A DNA stretch of 39,386 bases from Candidatus Kapaibacterium sp. (lineage in GTDB: Bacteria > Bacteroidota > Ignavibacteria > Palsa-1295): assembly GCA_035552495.1 (NCBI GenBank), contig DASZLH010000118.1, positions 1 through 39,386 of the forward strand, in the 5' to 3' direction. How positions within the stretch are numbered: position 1 is the first letter of the stretch; the number at the start of each line of letters is the position of its first letter. Positions 26,601-36,777 of the stretch are shown here, piece after piece. The notes under the pieces are model-generated. The model made no database searches and was not told where the DNA came from. It saw only the letters and a program-made list of their open reading frames with translations. Made by a program: the position numbers and the translations under genes.

Positions 26601-28033
26601 AGGGCATCAATAAGTAATTGCGCACCAAGTATGGTAATTATAATAAAAAAAATAATCGACCCAAATTTTGGCGTAGTCCCATGAACATTCTTGTCTCGAG
26701 AAGGATCATGGAGCAGCCGTTGTCGAGGCATCCAAATAATCCATAGCATGACCGCTGCTGCTGTCGCAAAAATAGTTGTGACAAATAGTTCAAATGGATT
26801 TTGCGCAATCCCCCAGCCCCAATCAGAGGCAAAATCAGTTGGGTCCTGAAATTGCGACCCGGCAAGCAACCCCAGTCCGCCACATTGAGCAAATAATACC
26901 CGACCTATAAGAAGCGCAGCAATTACCGTAATTGAATAAACGATATGTGCAATCAAGGGATGCTTGGATTGCGGCATTTCAGCAATCGCAGCAAGCAACC
27001 AAAGCAAGAATATAAATACGACTAAAGTAAAACCCAGGCTCCAGATAACATGAAGCACTCTGTAAAGCAATGAGGAATCGGATGTCGGCCAAATGGAAAT
27101 CGAAAGCGTACCGATATAACTTGCCGGATCGCTTGGGTCGGCATACAGGTCGAGCCGTGTAGCCGTCTTAGTAAGGTGTGTATCTGTTCCATTTGGAACT
27201 CGACCAATAGGGGTGGATGTGACCCCTCCACTAAATTCGAGCACAAGATCCCGATGGCATTTATCTTTAATGTCATCGATAAAGTTTGTCGCACCCTGAC
27301 CTTCGGCAAGAGGCTCTTTAACAGAAAGCTTTCGCTTCGTTTCAATGTACCCAAATACTCGGCCGTCTTTCGAAACCAACTTTCTAATTGCAGTTAAATA
27401 TGCGTCCATCGGTTGATCTTCGAGCAGGAGACTTCGGTCCCGGCTTGGAAGCATCATTGCGCTCGTCAGTACTGTATCGAATCCGAACGTGACAGGGCGA
27501 GAGGAATACCATGCAAGTAGGCGGCCTCCCGGAGAATAGAATGCCGAGCCACGATCGGCGAGACGTCGATCGGATGTGATCGATGCTTCATAAAGGACCG
27601 AATCCGGAAGCCGCATTGAAAAAATCGAATCGCGTTGACGGAGCAATGGAAAAAGAAGCTCGGTCGATCGTGCTTCGGCTGCGCGGAGAATAGCATCATC
27701 TGTCGCAAACCAATCCCGGGTGGAATCGAGCGCAGCACCAATTGCTTTCAGCCGATTCTGGGTTAATAGAGAAATCTCAGCCGGACTCCAGGCACTATGG
27801 GACTCGTCAAGATGCGTAAGTTTAAGAATTCGTCGCCCACCCGCAGCGACAATTGAAATAACAAACAACAAAATCAGGAACTGACGAAGACGCTTTGGCG
27901 GTGTTGGCAGGGGGGTGTTTTCCGAAACTCGTGCGGATATTCGAGGCAAGGTGGAATTGCGGACAAATTTCCATGCCCGGACAGGAGCGCCAGGCAGTCT
28001 GCGAAGACTTCGAAGAATCGGGGCGAGTTTCAC
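23621..28033 (-). CDS. very large multi-pass membrane sensor histidine kinase (HAMP + NtrY-like HisKA + HATPase)
   Basis: 1470 aa from a GTG start. At least 10 predicted TM segments are interleaved with large loops. HAMP (DEIGELMQAFNAMTREL), H-box (VAHEIKNPLTPMKLSVQHLEH) and G-boxes (DTGSGM, GMGLGLAIVKK) are present. No response regulator is in the window. Confidence 0.85.
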   Translation of the reverse strand: MKLAPILRSLRRLPGAPVRAWKFVRNSTLPRISARVSENTPLPTPPKRLRQFLILLFVISIVAAGGRRILKLTHLDESHSAWSPAEISLLTQNRLKAIGAALDSTRDWFATDDAILRAAEARSTELLFPLLRQRDSIFSMRLPDSVLYEASITSDRRLADRGSAFYSPGGRLLAWYSSRPVTFGFDTVLTSAMMLPSRDRSLLLEDQPMDAYLTAIRKLVSKDGRVFGYIETKRKLSVKEPLAEGQGATNFIDDIKDKCHRDLVLEFSGGVTSTPIGRVPNGTDTHLTKTATRLDLYADPSDPASYIGTLSISIWPTSDSSLLYRVLHVIWSLGFTLVVFIFLLWLLAAIAEMPQSKHPLIAHIVYSITVIAALLIGRVLFAQCGGLGLLAGSQFQDPTDFASDWGWGIAQNPFELFVTTIFATAAAVMLWIIWMPRQRLLHDPSRDKNVHGTTPKFGSIIFFIIITILGAQLLIDALSAVVESIVNNGGMHYLAVKQVLPSPPMLMMLLSLLGLGVTYLFVTSLVLTFALRSTIFLLPKRLRFLPRIILGVVIFAGLSSLAVAVLDEVALSGVELNYRVPLTVMTFAISLSIILIDALARNSVEQGPSFLYKLPRSSRSILFILAGSAIVMSPLVARKQLTSDRDIAQRVVEENARVDTPELETAAADMLREARGRLGEWYSAGHDTVTLRQQAFLIWLASLREHPQWNAIVDVRDAQNRTQSHFATLGAAEEIPRLHIATDSLEQRIRTYATSDSTLNVSLEVVPCFTGSCTPAIVGGLRFNPPPASPLNHYSEQPTMYHTVPTSVSPVPNVLQNRSPLLVTVSLWSDLPALTVSRSSFDLLSGRSSTDPTTNDLLTDGGFIVAQYRPNARRVTNAPSLDVPATIPSNLERRLQTIQSLWSTTTIGGIRYQTLYYRATSKPDTTGKSVIITVSVPEPTSGNIMEFALRLNAIGLVYGTLIVLVLLVVRQVVTRRIRFTLRFRDRIFLIVLLIALVPLVVVTNVTRTLLSERALVEQQERLARDASVIKDRISRQIESTNTSGVFGSDLDVRVEDLSQIIGRDFSVYDAGGLLRASSRPELYESSLLANNLSSNAMREVVLGKRSFYTEPIHIGTETYEAGYQPVTSLAGTKLLAVISLATMDEQPRIESQIARTTSFIYGTFAALGLVLLGIGALFAARVASPILTLIAATERVAKGKLKTSIPVNRDDEIGELMQAFNAMTRELEKSREIVAQTEREFAWKEMARQVAHEIKNPLTPMKLSVQHLEHAHESKDPNFNSIFRRVIRTMSEQIDVLTRIATEFSRFGAMPRRKWGPVSLRTVADSAVALFDAERSRIRFIIDVPRDMPFVHSDEEELRRAFVNLLRNAVQAIEGWGIIIIRARLGDQPEDRGMIHVRLSDTGSGMSEQTLKRAFDPNFSTKTSGMGLGLAIVKKTITDMSGSIRVESKPGHGTTFFIDLPARGYIEEEE

Positions 28034-28176
28034 TAATTTGAGATATTCTCCTACTCAATACATGGAAGAGTCTATGCGTTCCTTCTCGTAATTGGAACTA
28101 CAAGCTCAGTCCTTCGTAAATTTGCACCTGATTCCTCATTTTTCCATCATTGACGATTTTCCAATTTAAGAATTAA

Positions 28177-29544
<1,368 letters not shown>

Positions 29545-29568
29545 GCTATCTTGAATTAGAAGTATTGT

Positions 29569-30987
29569 ATGCAAATAAAATTTGGCACAGACGGCTGGCG
29601 CGATGTGATCGCCGACCGATATACATTCGAGAATGTCCACCGCGTTGCTCGCGGAGCGGCGCTCTATTTCAAAAAACATCCGAAGGCCGAGAGCGGCGTG
29701 ATAGTCGGATATGACGCGCGATTTCTCAGCCGCGAATTTGCGGAGCTTTCGGCGCGCGTGCTGGCCTCCGAAGGACTCAAAGTATTTATTGCGAAGACGA
29801 TCGTTTCGACTCCCGCGACCTCGCTTGCGATCGTAAAAAAGAAGCTTGCCGGCGGCATCATGATTACGGCATCGCATAATCCTGCAAAATATAACGGCTT
29901 TAAGATCAAAGGCGATTATGGCGGCGCCGCGCTGCCGGAAGCAATCGAGAAGATCGAAACAATTACTAACAGTGAAGACAATCTTCGCAAAACATCGAGC
30001 GATTTCCATGCTGGACGGTTGCCTACATTTGCCGATCTTATTAAACAAAAACGCATTCAGGAATTTGACGCAAAGGCTCTTTATATTAAGGAGCTTGCTA
30101 AGCTTGTAAACCTGGATCGGATCAAGCGCTCGAAGATTAAAATTGCATACGATCCGATGTATGGCGCTGGATTTGGAAATTTGGAATCGCTCCTGCCCAA
30201 CGCCGCAATCTTGCACGATGTCTGGAATCCCGGCTTCGGAGGAACGCCGCCTGAGCCGCTTCCTCAAAACACCACCGAGCTTTCGAAATTTATTGTCGCA
30301 CAAGGTTATGACATTGGTCTCGTCACCGATGGCGATGCGGACCGTATTGGCGCTGTCGATGAGAACGGTCAGTTCTTTAGCTCGCAGATGATTTTGTGTC
30401 TGCTTCTGAAATATCTTGTCGAAGTCCGAAAGAAAAAAGGTACGGTCGTCATTAGTCAGTCCGTGACAAGCATGGTTGACAAAATGTGTGAGAAGTATGG
30501 GCTGGAAGTAACGCGGACGCCAGTCGGCTTCAAATATATTACTGATTACATGTTGAAGGGCGGTGTGCTGATCGGAGGCGAAGAATCGGGCGGCATTGGG
30601 ATTCCATCCTTGCATATTCCCGAGCGCGACGGTCTGTTTAACGGACTGTTGCTTTGTGAAATTTGTGCACATACTAAGAAATCGCTCGGCGATCTTGTTG
30701 GGCAATTGGAAAAAGAATTCGGTCCTCATAAATATGACCGCTATGATTTTCACACGACCGACGATCGAAAAAATCAGGTCCTCGATCGGGCGAAACAAGG
30801 ATTCGATACTATCGCCGGTTTGAAAGTGCAGAATGTCAGCAAGATGGATGGCTATAAATTCGAACTCGAACGCGGAGCCTGGTTCATGCTCCGAGCATCG
30901 GGAACCGAGCCACTTCTCCGCTATTATGCCGAAGCTCCGACCGAAGCGCTCGTCAAACGCATACTGGACTTCGCTAAGAAGCTCTGA
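29569..30987 (+). CDS. phosphoglucomutase/phosphomannomutase-family protein
   Basis: Has the phosphoserine loop TASHNPAKYNGFK, a metal-binding DGDADR and a GEESGG sugar-binding loop. It starts 24 nt after eno, so they are probably co-transcribed. Confidence 0.9.
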   Translation: MQIKFGTDGWRDVIADRYTFENVHRVARGAALYFKKHPKAESGVIVGYDARFLSREFAELSARVLASEGLKVFIAKTIVSTPATSLAIVKKKLAGGIMITASHNPAKYNGFKIKGDYGGAALPEAIEKIETITNSEDNLRKTSSDFHAGRLPTFADLIKQKRIQEFDAKALYIKELAKLVNLDRIKRSKIKIAYDPMYGAGFGNLESLLPNAAILHDVWNPGFGGTPPEPLPQNTTELSKFIVAQGYDIGLVTDGDADRIGAVDENGQFFSSQMILCLLLKYLVEVRKKKGTVVISQSVTSMVDKMCEKYGLEVTRTPVGFKYITDYMLKGGVLIGGEESGGIGIPSLHIPERDGLFNGLLLCEICAHTKKSLGDLVGQLEKEFGPHKYDRYDFHTTDDRKNQVLDRAKQGFDTIAGLKVQNVSKMDGYKFELERGAWFMLRASGTEPLLRYYAEAPTEALVKRILDFAKKL

Positions 30988-31095
30988 ATTTAAGCCTGAT
31001 TCTCTCGCCTCAATCTGAAACATCGCTTTGGGCTGTTCGTAGCCTTAAGAAGAGGACTTTACCCTTTTCTATCTCGATCATGCAATATTTGGCTA

Positions 31096-32259
31096 TTGAT
31101 TAACGCAGTGGACGACGCCCCGATCCAAACAACGAACGTATCTTCCAACGATGCTTTGCCGGCCCGTCGGTCCTGCTCGCCGTTTCATATCATTGGGCTT
31201 AGCGTTCTTGGTATTGCGAGTCTCACGAGCATTGGTGTAGCGCTCCAGCATTTTTTCGTGAATCGTGTCGTGCGTGCCGGCCAGGAACAGCACTTGATTG
31301 TCCGGATTAATGCGCCATTCGGGTCGATGTCGCTCCATCCGGGGACCGCTCCCACCGATGTGGCGAGGATCGAAAGCGAAGATGCGCCTGGGCAAAGCGC
31401 GAGTTATCATTGCCGGTACATGGTCCACAATCAAACACTCGGCATTTTGCATATCGATATAGGCACCGATGAAGGAATGATTTCGCAACCGCCGCTCGCA
31501 ATGTGGAGGGCGAATTCCGATTTCTCGCTTGCCAATTCTTCTCAGCCACAATCGGATATGGGTTGCCCGGTCCATCAATTTATTCCGCAGCAGGAATTTG
31601 CATTTCATTCTCGTGCTAACTGGAATTATGGAATATCGCAGTGGGTGCCATTGCAAAGGTATATGACGGTTTCTACTGACGCCGCTACCATGGTCACTCC
31701 CGAACCGGAAAGTAACTCCGACACCCGAATTTTCCTGAATACATTTCTCCCGATGGACCTTAACGCCGATCTGGGTTTTGGTGTATCCTCGCTCGATCTC
31801 AGCGGGCTTCCGATCGTCAATATGAACATTGAAACGGGCGCTTCGAAAGCGATCATTTATTCGAACCAGCCGAACCCGCAGGTCATTGAAAATTGCCGCG
31901 TCAGCGCCGGCCTCGGTGAAGAATGCTCCTTCACTGGAATTTCGAATCTCAATGCAAAGAATTTTATTTTTCAGGGTGGGGTAGGGACGTATCATCTTGG
32001 ATTCGAAGGGAAGCTCACCCACAATCTCGATGCTTTTGTTTCGGTCGGACTCGGCATGATCACGATTGCGATTCCGCCGATGGCCGGAAGAGTCCAGATA
32101 TTCTACGATGACGGCATGTTCAGCTCTTATTCCTTCTCGGGCCTGACGATCCGTCACGGAGGTTATGCCACAAGCGTCGGATTTCACAATTCGAACGGCC
32201 CGGTCCTCACGCTTCACCTTTCGAGCGCAATGGGCAAAATGTCGGTCAGCTACCATTAG
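31096..32259 (+). CDS. membrane-anchored LiaF/DUF2154-DUF4097-like (beta-helical) protein
   Basis: One TM helix (FHIIGLSVLGIASLTSIGVAL) is followed by repeated G-x-G/LDLSG-type strands (GFGVSSLDLSGLPIVNMNIETGASKAIIY...FQGGVGTYHLGF...VSVGLGMITIAIP). The start is TTG 31096 or GTG 31108. The opposite-strand 405-aa ORF is judged an artefact. Confidence 0.55.
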   Translation: MINAVDDAPIQTTNVSSNDALPARRSCSPFHIIGLSVLGIASLTSIGVALQHFFVNRVVRAGQEQHLIVRINAPFGSMSLHPGTAPTDVARIESEDAPGQSASYHCRYMVHNQTLGILHIDIGTDEGMISQPPLAMWRANSDFSLANSSQPQSDMGCPVHQFIPQQEFAFHSRANWNYGISQWVPLQRYMTVSTDAATMVTPEPESNSDTRIFLNTFLPMDLNADLGFGVSSLDLSGLPIVNMNIETGASKAIIYSNQPNPQVIENCRVSAGLGEECSFTGISNLNAKNFIFQGGVGTYHLGFEGKLTHNLDAFVSVGLGMITIAIPPMAGRVQIFYDDGMFSSYSFSGLTIRHGGYATSVGFHNSNGPVLTLHLSSAMGKMSVSYH

Positions 32260-32578
32260 CATCTGGAATTCCATCGAGTACGCCGAAGCAATATCTAATT
32301 GAAAAGGCAAAAGAACTTGATGTTGGTGTTCGGAACTTATTCATGAACCCTTATTTCCTTCTCTAAGAAAGAAATTCGACGATATTTTAAATATAATTGT
32401 TGCATTTACAATAAAACAATAAAAACAAGATTCAAAGTTCCGCAAATTTAATTATTTCTTAAGATTTCCAAAAAAATCCCCGTAAGTCCTTATTTCACAA
32501 TACTTTAGAGTTTCGGAATTCCGCGACGCTCACCTGGATCGGATTGTTTGGGTAGGATCGCGTGGTCGGATCGCGTGG

Positions 32579-33051
32579 GTCGGACGTCCCCGTCCGACTT
32601 CTCTCGACATACAAAAATAATTGCGAGTATAAGCAAAACGACAGGGCCGTAGGTCCGGCCAGTTTGTAGTGTTATAGATTTGAAATGATAAAACAAAAGC
32701 TCCGTTAGGAGCGACCTTGGCCGCTCCTAACGGAGCTTGAAAAACTTACAATTAAATTGCGTTTCTACAAACGGGCCACGGCTACGCCGCTATCGATAAG
32801 TGCCGAAGACACGGAGTACTCGCATCCCAACATGGAGTCGGCCTCGGATGAATTGTTGGTACGAGACAATTATATTTATTTCTCCCCTCCCGCAGCAGCG
32901 GGAGGGGCGGGGGGAGGGGGTTTCCGGATTGCAGTGAATAACCGGGAATTGCTGCCTCCTCCAAAACCCTCCCTAACCCCTCCCGCAAGCGGAGGGGAAT
33001 TTAAAAATAAATATAATGCAAACCCAGGGTTCCGCTTCGCTTCACCCTGGG
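32579..33051. repeat. cluster of GC-rich REP-like hairpins in a roughly 870-nt non-coding region
   Basis: Hairpins: gtcggacg-tccc-cgtccgac (32579-32598); the 17-bp hairpin at 32697-32738; cccctcccgc-agca-gcgggagggg (32884-32907); cccctcccgcaagcggagggg (32977-32997); cccagggt-N13-accctggg (32023+1000, i.e. 33023-33051). Confidence 0.75.
32697..32738 (-). terminator. probable Rho-independent terminator for the minus-strand ECF operon
   Basis: The stem aagctccgttaggagcg / cgctcctaacggagctt is 17 bp and perfect, with an 8-nt loop. On the minus strand it is followed by ttgttttat. It lies about 390 nt downstream of the stop at 33129, so the assignment is tentative. Confidence 0.5.
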
Positions 33052-33128
33052 CTATGGGTACTGCGTCGCTACGCGACTATGATTCAGAATGGAGTTGTGA
33101 AATCCAAGCGGGGTGGCACCCTACAATA

Positions 33129-34493
33129 CTAAAACCGGATATACGCCTTGCCGCTAATATCGGTCTGCATGGACTGCTGGAGTCCAAGGCCAGTCGTGGC
33201 GCCGATAGCGAGGCTGAAGCCCAAGCCATTCATTTCGCCGTACGGTTCGCAGGCGATACCGAGCTGCGCCGATAGGAGCGTTGCGGAGGAGAGCGGAGCA
33301 GGCGAGGCAGACGCGCCGCTTACCGGCTGCGACCATATCCCATAGTAGCCAACGCCGACGAGCGGCTCGATAAGTCCGCCAGCCGTCTTCAGGACGACCC
33401 AGGTGAGTTGGAATCCAAGTGATTTTGGCGACGATGTAAACTGCGAGAAATTCTGTGGCTTGGCGTATCCGGTAAGATAGGGCACCGACCCATACAAAAA
33501 TCCAAACGAAACATCGAAGGAAAGCGCGGGTTTGCTGGCCTCGATACCGATGAAGAAATTATCTCCCGCGCTCGTGCCAAACCCGATACCGACGCGGCCA
33601 TGAATATCCGCAATGCTATTGCGCTTATTGGCATCGACGATCTGTTCGAGCCGGTGTTTCTCGTCTTCGCTCTGATCGAGTGAAGACTTGGTGCGCTCGT
33701 TCACGACTTTCTCCGTCGTCAGTTGTTCGTTGAGTTCTGCGAGCAGGCTGGCCCAATCTTTTTTCTTGCCGCCAACTTCGAGCGTATCTCCGCGCGCGAT
33801 GCGGCTGCCGCTCACGATAACGGGCGCAGCCTTTCGGAATCCGATCGTGCTATCGTACAGGACTTTGTCCGAAAGGAGATCGGTCGCGACGATTCGGTAG
33901 CGGTACGGCCCATCGGCAAAGCTCGACATATCGAGCTCTGCAAGATAATCGGCGGGCTGTCGCACCGTATCGACGATCGGCAGCGCGTGCGCGGTATCGA
34001 CGACGCTAAGCAGCTCTACTTTCACCTGGCACGTCCGCGCAACCGAATACGGAATCGAGAGTCTCGAAGAAATATCGGAGATCGTCTCTTTGCCTAAATT
34101 AAATTTCAATCGCTCACTATTGATCAGAATGTGCTCTTCTAAGAAGCGCGCGAAATCGTCGTAGAAATCGATGACCGTTCCATTCTCGAGCCGCAGGATA
34201 TAGACGCCTTTGGCGAGCGGTTCGCTTGCGAGGCGCAGCGGCACCGGCTCGTCGGACTTCGTGACGAATTCCTTTGCAAATTGCTCGAAGCGAATGACGT
34301 TATCGGTATGGTTCGATTCGATCGCGCGCTCGATGACTACGTAATAGCGGATAGAATCGGGATGGCCGGGGCAGGGGAGCGGCAGCACTCCGAGATTGAT
34401 GGTGTACGAAGCCTCATCGCCCGCGAGCGCCTTCGAAAGATTGCTCACGATAGGGAGCGCAAGCGGCGTGCGCGCAGACCCGACGTAGTACAT
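33129..34493 (-). CDS. OMP-like protein (N-terminal domain, coiled coil, C-terminal beta-barrel-like region ending in Phe) with no signal peptide of its own
   Basis: 454-aa ORF. It contains the coiled-coil segment LLAELNEQLTTEKVVNERTKSS...RLEQIV and a Gly/aromatic-rich C-terminus ending ...GKAYIRF. It is in frame with the upstream ORF across a single TAG. Confidence 0.6.
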   Translation of the reverse strand: MYYVGSARTPLALPIVSNLSKALAGDEASYTINLGVLPLPCPGHPDSIRYYVVIERAIESNHTDNVIRFEQFAKEFVTKSDEPVPLRLASEPLAKGVYILRLENGTVIDFYDDFARFLEEHILINSERLKFNLGKETISDISSRLSIPYSVARTCQVKVELLSVVDTAHALPIVDTVRQPADYLAELDMSSFADGPYRYRIVATDLLSDKVLYDSTIGFRKAAPVIVSGSRIARGDTLEVGGKKKDWASLLAELNEQLTTEKVVNERTKSSLDQSEDEKHRLEQIVDANKRNSIADIHGRVGIGFGTSAGDNFFIGIEASKPALSFDVSFGFLYGSVPYLTGYAKPQNFSQFTSSPKSLGFQLTWVVLKTAGGLIEPLVGVGYYGIWSQPVSGASASPAPLSSATLLSAQLGIACEPYGEMNGLGFSLAIGATTGLGLQQSMQTDISGKAYIRF

Positions 34494-34628
34494 GACCGGC
34501 TGCTCGGCGCTAATGCGGTGCAGCGTATCGGGTCCGGTCGGCGAGTGAGTCCAATAGTGCGGCTGTAAGTGGAAGCTCGCTTCGTAAAGAACATCTTTGG
34601 ATGTTGAACTGACGCGAATATAATTGGC

Positions 34629-34907
34629 CTACGTCTTCACAAGCTCCGGCTGAACACCGGAGCCAAACGAGTCCCACTCTTTTTGGATGCGCTGCTGAAT
34701 GAGTTCGTCGATCGACCGATTATTTTCCTCTTCGATTTTTTTGAAGCGCGCGATCTTGGTAATGTGCGATGCAGGCGTAACGAAGTGTGGAGTTCGCGCC
34801 ATTACTGGATGCGTGCAGATTCCCATTACCGCGAGCGGCGATAACAGAAGGAGCGCTCGGATAAACAAGCGCTCGATCGTTATACGATAAATACTGCGTC
34901 GTGGCAC
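34629..34907 (-). CDS. small signal-peptide-bearing ORF; possibly the N-terminal part of 33129..34493
   Basis: 92 aa from a GTG start with a hydrophobic signal-like segment (RALLLLSPLAVMGICTHPVMA). It ends at TAG 34631-34629. The next 45 codons are open and in the same frame as the 454-aa ORF. Confidence 0.5.
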   Translation of the reverse strand: MPRRSIYRITIERLFIRALLLLSPLAVMGICTHPVMARTPHFVTPASHITKIARFKKIEEENNRSIDELIQQRIQKEWDSFGSGVQPELVKT

Positions 34908-34934
34908 GGGGCGGATTTCGAAATTAGGAAAAAA

Positions 34935-35756
34935 TTACAGTCGGTCCTGACTCGAAACGACGATCTCATGTTTCTCTTCCGCTCCGAGGATTTTCGCGTA
35001 GCGGTGCGAGATCATGATCGCGGCAGGATCGTCGGCTTCCGGCTGTTGCTGCTGCGCGGCGGAAGCGGCCGGAGCATTCTGCGCGATAGAAGCAGCCGGC
35101 TGTGCTCCACGCTTTGCCGGGACCTCTACGTAGCGAATGATTTCGCGTACGTCCGGCTTGGCAGGAGTCGTAGTGTTGGCCGAAGCATATTGTTCGATGG
35201 GGGCGCTCGGAGTTTTATTCGCCGTGGATACTGGCGCGGTCTGCGGCGAAACAGATGGGGTAGAATGGGCCGCCATTTGCGGCGAGGAGGTAGTTGTGCT
35301 GCGGGTCAGGAACCAGGTGGTACCGATCGCGAGCAAGAGCGCGAGTGCCGCGATACCAGGCCGAAGCGACCAGCGATAGGCGCCGGAGCGACGTGCGCTT
35401 AATTTCAGGCTGCGGTCAACTGCATTCGTTCGGACGGCGGGAGCGTCGCCTTCGAAGTTCATTGCAGGCGAAGCCGATTCGAGTACGCCGTGCTCAAGCA
35501 TCTGCTCGATACGCGAGCGGGTACGCGCGTCCAGATCGGACGAAAGCTGGAAGCGTTCGTCTTCGAGCGACGAGCGGATCGCACCGCGGACTGTAAGATA
35601 TTCGCGGAGCAGCATGCGTGCTTCGGCGGACTGCGCAAGCCGCTCGAAGAGCATCGTCTCCAGTTCTTTGCGTACGAGTTCGCCGTCGAGATACTGGACG
35701 ATCAGTTCTTCGGTCGTCGTGGCGTGCGAGTGTTCGCTTGGGTGGATTACATTCAT
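34935..35756 (-). CDS. putative anti-sigma factor (single-pass membrane protein)
   Basis: 273 aa immediately downstream of the ECF sigma gene. The N-terminal helical domain (EELIVQYLDGEL...LREYLTVRGAI) is followed by one TM (GIAALALLLAIGTTWFL) and a Pro/Ala/Thr-rich external region. No HxxxCxxC zinc motif is present. Confidence 0.55.
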   Translation of the reverse strand: MNVIHPSEHSHATTTEELIVQYLDGELVRKELETMLFERLAQSAEARMLLREYLTVRGAIRSSLEDERFQLSSDLDARTRSRIEQMLEHGVLESASPAMNFEGDAPAVRTNAVDRSLKLSARRSGAYRWSLRPGIAALALLLAIGTTWFLTRSTTTSSPQMAAHSTPSVSPQTAPVSTANKTPSAPIEQYASANTTTPAKPDVREIIRYVEVPAKRGAQPAASIAQNAPAASAAQQQQPEADDPAAIMISHRYAKILGAEEKHEIVVSSQDRL

Positions 35757-35771
35757 AATCGTTTTGATCTA

Positions 35772-36710
35772 TTAAAATTTTTTCTTAGGCTTTTGTTTGC
35801 CTTTCTTTGCATCGTCCTCCGCGTCAGGCAGGTCGATCGATGGGTCGGCTTCATCGCTTAAAATCGGAAGCAGCATTTTTCGGAGTCGCGCTTTTGCGCG
35901 GTAAATACGAATACGGATCGTCGAAAGCGATGTTCCCGTAATTTTGCCGATCTCATCGTAGGTCAGTCCTTCGTATTCGCTCAGGAGGAGCGCTTCTCGA
36001 AATTCTTCCGGCAGGCTCGCGATGGCTTTGAGCAGCAGTTCGGTCTGCTCGGTTTTGGCCATGTGCTCGAGCGGATCGTCGTTCAGGCTGAATGCCATGC
36101 GAAGGTCGCTCGAAGCGGAATCGGTGAAGTTTTCGCCATCGCCGATGTATTCCGTCGTGGCCCGATGCCGGAACGCCCGTTTTTTGTTGCTGAGGCATGT
36201 GTGCCGCGCGACGGTGAATATCCATTTATTGAATTCTCCCCCGTGGAATGTATGCTGATATTGCGTGACACGCATGAAGACTTCCTGAAATGTATCTTCG
36301 ACGAGTTCGGTCGTTAATCCGGCACCGAAAAGTATGTGTGCGCAATAGGCATAAATGTTCGACTTATAACGGTCGTAAATCGCAAGGAACGCTCGTTCAT
36401 CGCCCTCCCGATAGAGCAAAAAAAGCGTCTCGTCCGAATTGGCCCCTGTTGTGGCGCCAGAAGCATTACTTCCTTCGCTATTACCCGATTTTTCAATGAG
36501 CTCGCCATTCCTCGAAAGAGCGCTGGCAGCATCTCGCCTCCGCTGCGATGAGGGGTGCGGTATAAATGCGGAAGTAGTGCGGGAAACGGACTCCGGGTCA
36601 TCGGCTCCTTTTGGAATGGAGCCAGTGTCACCGCGAATTCCTTCTCCGCCCACCGCTTCGGGGCGTTCGTCCCGCGCATCCTGTTCTTCGGCGAATTGGT
36701 CAGCGTGCAT
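35772..36710 (-). CDS. ECF-type RNA polymerase sigma-70 family factor with a disordered N-terminal extension and a Lys-rich tail
   Basis: Region 2 (LYREGDERAFLAIYDRY...FQEVFMRV) and region 4 (LPEEFREALLLSEYEGLTYDEIGKITGTSLSTIRIRIYRAKARLRK) are present. ATG 36710 is preferred because GTG 36788 would translate through three tandem palindromic repeats. The start remains uncertain. Confidence 0.8.
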   Translation of the reverse strand: MHADQFAEEQDARDERPEAVGGEGIRGDTGSIPKGADDPESVSRTTSAFIPHPSSQRRRDAASALSRNGELIEKSGNSEGSNASGATTGANSDETLFLLYREGDERAFLAIYDRYKSNIYAYCAHILFGAGLTTELVEDTFQEVFMRVTQYQHTFHGGEFNKWIFTVARHTCLSNKKRAFRHRATTEYIGDGENFTDSASSDLRMAFSLNDDPLEHMAKTEQTELLLKAIASLPEEFREALLLSEYEGLTYDEIGKITGTSLSTIRIRIYRAKARLRKMLLPILSDEADPSIDLPDAEDDAKKGKQKPKKKF

Positions 36711-36727
36711 CTGGTCCTCGAATAAGT

Positions 36728-36777
36728 ACCCTACCGGGTGCTTAAAACCCAATTGGGTTCTTAAAACCCTATTGGGT
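36728..36777. promoter_or_regulatory. three tandem ACCC-N4-GGGT palindromes at 19-nt spacing (candidate operator array)
   Basis: The sites are accctaccgggt (36728-36739), acccaattgggt (36747-36758, part of the perfect 14-nt palindrome aacccaattgggtt) and accctattgggt (36766-36777). Each sits in a roughly 19-nt direct repeat ending ttaaaa, just upstream of ATG 36710. Confidence 0.5.

Noticed and set aside
31093-32310. 405-aa minus-strand ORF overlapping the 387-aa plus-strand ORF
   Set aside because: The plus-strand product has a TM helix and a repetitive Gly-rich beta-strand pattern like LiaF/DUF4097 proteins. The minus-strand product is Arg-rich and featureless, and it is codon-aligned antisense.
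32757-33275. 172-aa plus-strand ORF with a Gly/Pro/Ala-rich sequence
   Set aside because: It is a translation through GC-rich REP-like hairpins and the 3' end of the opposite-strand gene. It has a non-ATG start and no coding-like features. The 63-aa ORF at 32505-32696 is rejected for the same reason.
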